This document shows, piece after piece, positions 16,238-17,055 of a DNA stretch of 17,055 bases (the first letter of the stretch is position 1; each line of letters starts with the position of its first letter). The notes under the pieces were generated by a model. That model was not told the origin of the DNA and made no database searches. It saw only the letters and a list, made by a program, of their open reading frames with translations. The position numbers were made by a program, and so were the translations under genes. The stretch is from Breznakia sp. PF5-3 (lineage in GTDB: Bacteria; Bacillota_I; Bacilli_A; Erysipelotrichales; Erysipelotrichaceae), in assembly GCF_029504745.1 (NCBI RefSeq), contig NZ_JAQFIQ010000048.1, positions 1-17,055 on the forward strand. The letters are read 5' to 3'.

Positions 16238-16288
16238 TGACAAGTTTTCTTGACATAACCATCATACTACTGCAAAGTTTACTTGTCA
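16238..16288. promoter_or_regulatory. Repeated TGACA(A/T) motifs / 8-bp inverted repeat bracketing the promoter (candidate operator)
   Basis: TGACAAGT (16238..16245, +) and its exact reverse complement ACTTGTCA (16281..16288), which overlaps the -35. A third copy, TTGACAT (16250..16256, +), sits near the predicted TSS. Confidence 0.35.
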
Positions 16289-16289
16289 A
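16261..16289 (-). promoter_or_regulatory. Near-consensus sigma-A promoter of the four-gene operon
   Basis: Minus strand: TTGACA (16284..16289), exactly 17 nt spacer, TATGAT (16261..16266). Confidence 0.7.
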
Positions 16290-16318
16290 TAAAAACAAAC
16301 AAGATTATCTTTGCATTT

Positions 16319-16348
16319 ACAAAAAAGCCAGCATGCAAAGCACACTGG
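16319..16348 (-). terminator. Intrinsic terminator of the GNAT gene
   Basis: Minus strand reads CCAGTGTGC-ttt-GCATGCTGG (9-bp stem including two G-U pairs), followed by cttttttgt. It begins 31 nt after the stop. Confidence 0.7.
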
Positions 16349-16378
16349 ATACGTTTTGTATAATACATATTTCGACTA

Positions 16379-16891
16379 TTATAATGTTTCGTTATATACA
16401 CTATTAAAAATCATTTTCTTGATTTCTTGAAATTCTTCTGCATCAATTCGTTTATTATAAACCATAAGAATTAATGGAACAGTATTTACCACTGCATTTA
16501 TTTTTGGTTGAACATATCCAAATTCAGATAATATAAAACCATTCTTTTCATAAAAAGCAATTCTTTTTTCACTAATATCATCATGAGGTTTCTCTACTTC
16601 TAATACTATTGTTTTATCCTTCATCTGTTCACAAACCTCGTGAATCATTTTTGACCCAACACCTTCACCTCGTGCAGCTCTATCAACTGCGAAATTTTCA
16701 ATCACCACATATCGATCATCATTCCATATAATCATTGCTCCCTTTATCTCGGGATCATAATATCCATAAATATTCATTAATTCGCGATGATAGAGCTCTT
16801 TAATCTTTTCATATGGTCTAATTTCACTAATCGGAAAAGAAGCTTCCATAATATCATACGCTTCATCAAAATCGATAATTTTTTTAAACAT
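16379..16891 (-). CDS. GNAT-family N-acetyltransferase
   Basis: 170 aa from ATG at 16891 (MFKKIID), preceded by GGAGG with a 5-nt spacer; the ORF-track GTG at 16903 contains that SD. The acetyl-CoA motif A is FAVDRAARGEGVGSKM (R-x-x-G-x-G). Confidence 0.8.
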   Translation of the reverse strand: MFKKIIDFDEAYDIMEASFPISEIRPYEKIKELYHRELMNIYGYYDPEIKGAMIIWNDDRYVVIENFAVDRAARGEGVGSKMIHEVCEQMKDKTIVLEVEKPHDDISEKRIAFYEKNGFILSEFGYVQPKINAVVNTVPLILMVYNKRIDAEEFQEIKKMIFNSVYNETL

Positions 16892-16915
16892 ATATTCCTC
16901 CACTACATGTTCTCC

Positions 16916-16924
16916 ATTATATCA
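16916..16924 (-). promoter_or_regulatory. Candidate extended -10 promoter of the GNAT gene
   Basis: Minus strand reads TGaTATAAT (TATAAT = 16916..16921), 24 nt upstream of the ATG. The -35 is poor. Confidence 0.45.
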
Positions 16925-16991
16925 CATTCCCACCATATTCCCCATGAAGACACAAAAAGGAGGGGCTGTGACAAATAAACAGACCTAAAAT

Positions 16992-17034
16992 AAAAAGAAC
17001 GCCTAATCTCGAGATGAGAAAAGACGTTCTTTTT
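16992..17034. terminator. Long hairpin with A/T runs on both sides (probable terminator, owner gene outside the window)
   Basis: aaaaagaacg (16992..17001) pairs with cgttcttttt (17025..17034). The 23-nt interior contains the palindrome atctcgagat. There are T-runs on both strands. Confidence 0.5.
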
Positions 17035-17055
17035 GGTATAGTATATTTGTGCTAA

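Noticed and set aside
1-17055. Scan for CRISPR arrays, IS/transposase or integrase genes, prophage genes, toxin-antitoxin pairs, and UGA-as-Trp recoding.
   Set aside because: I saw no direct-repeat/spacer periodicity and no mobile-element ORFs. All conserved genes read through intact in the standard code, and a TGA stop is used at 15866.

Overview
AT-rich (about one-third G+C by eye), standard-code chromosomal window from a low-GC Bacillota-type genome; the gene content and a divergent FtsA suggest an Erysipelotrichia/Mollicutes-like lineage, but that is a guess. Almost all of it is conserved housekeeping sequence on the minus strand. Left to right: the promoter and leader of an rRNA operon that leaves the window leftward; a divergent tRNA-Leu(CAA); def; a uracil permease; ftsZ and ftsA; rpmB, the only plus-strand protein gene; and a nine-gene tightly packed cluster priA-rsmB-rlmN-prpC-prkC-rsgA-rpe-thiN, which is the Bacillus-type ylo cluster without def and fmt. 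Next comes a four-gene operon: small polytopic membrane protein, 69-aa XRE regulator, NfeD, SPFH/stomatin-like protein. A stand-alone GNAT acetyltransferase follows. I saw no mobile elements, CRISPR arrays or pseudogenes. Several ORF-track starts are better replaced by downstream starts with strong Shine-Dalgarno sites (2231, 8895, 16219, 16891). The best candidate for something undescribed is the XRE/membrane-protein module transcriptionally fused to NfeD-SPFH, with repeated TGACA motifs around its consensus promoter. Other observations: an FtsA with degenerate phosphate-binding loops; a perfect 44-bp palindrome between ftsA and rpmB; an identical 15-nt promoter core shared by the rRNA and rpmB promoters; relocation of def. 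All family calls rest on motifs read by eye, with no searches run.
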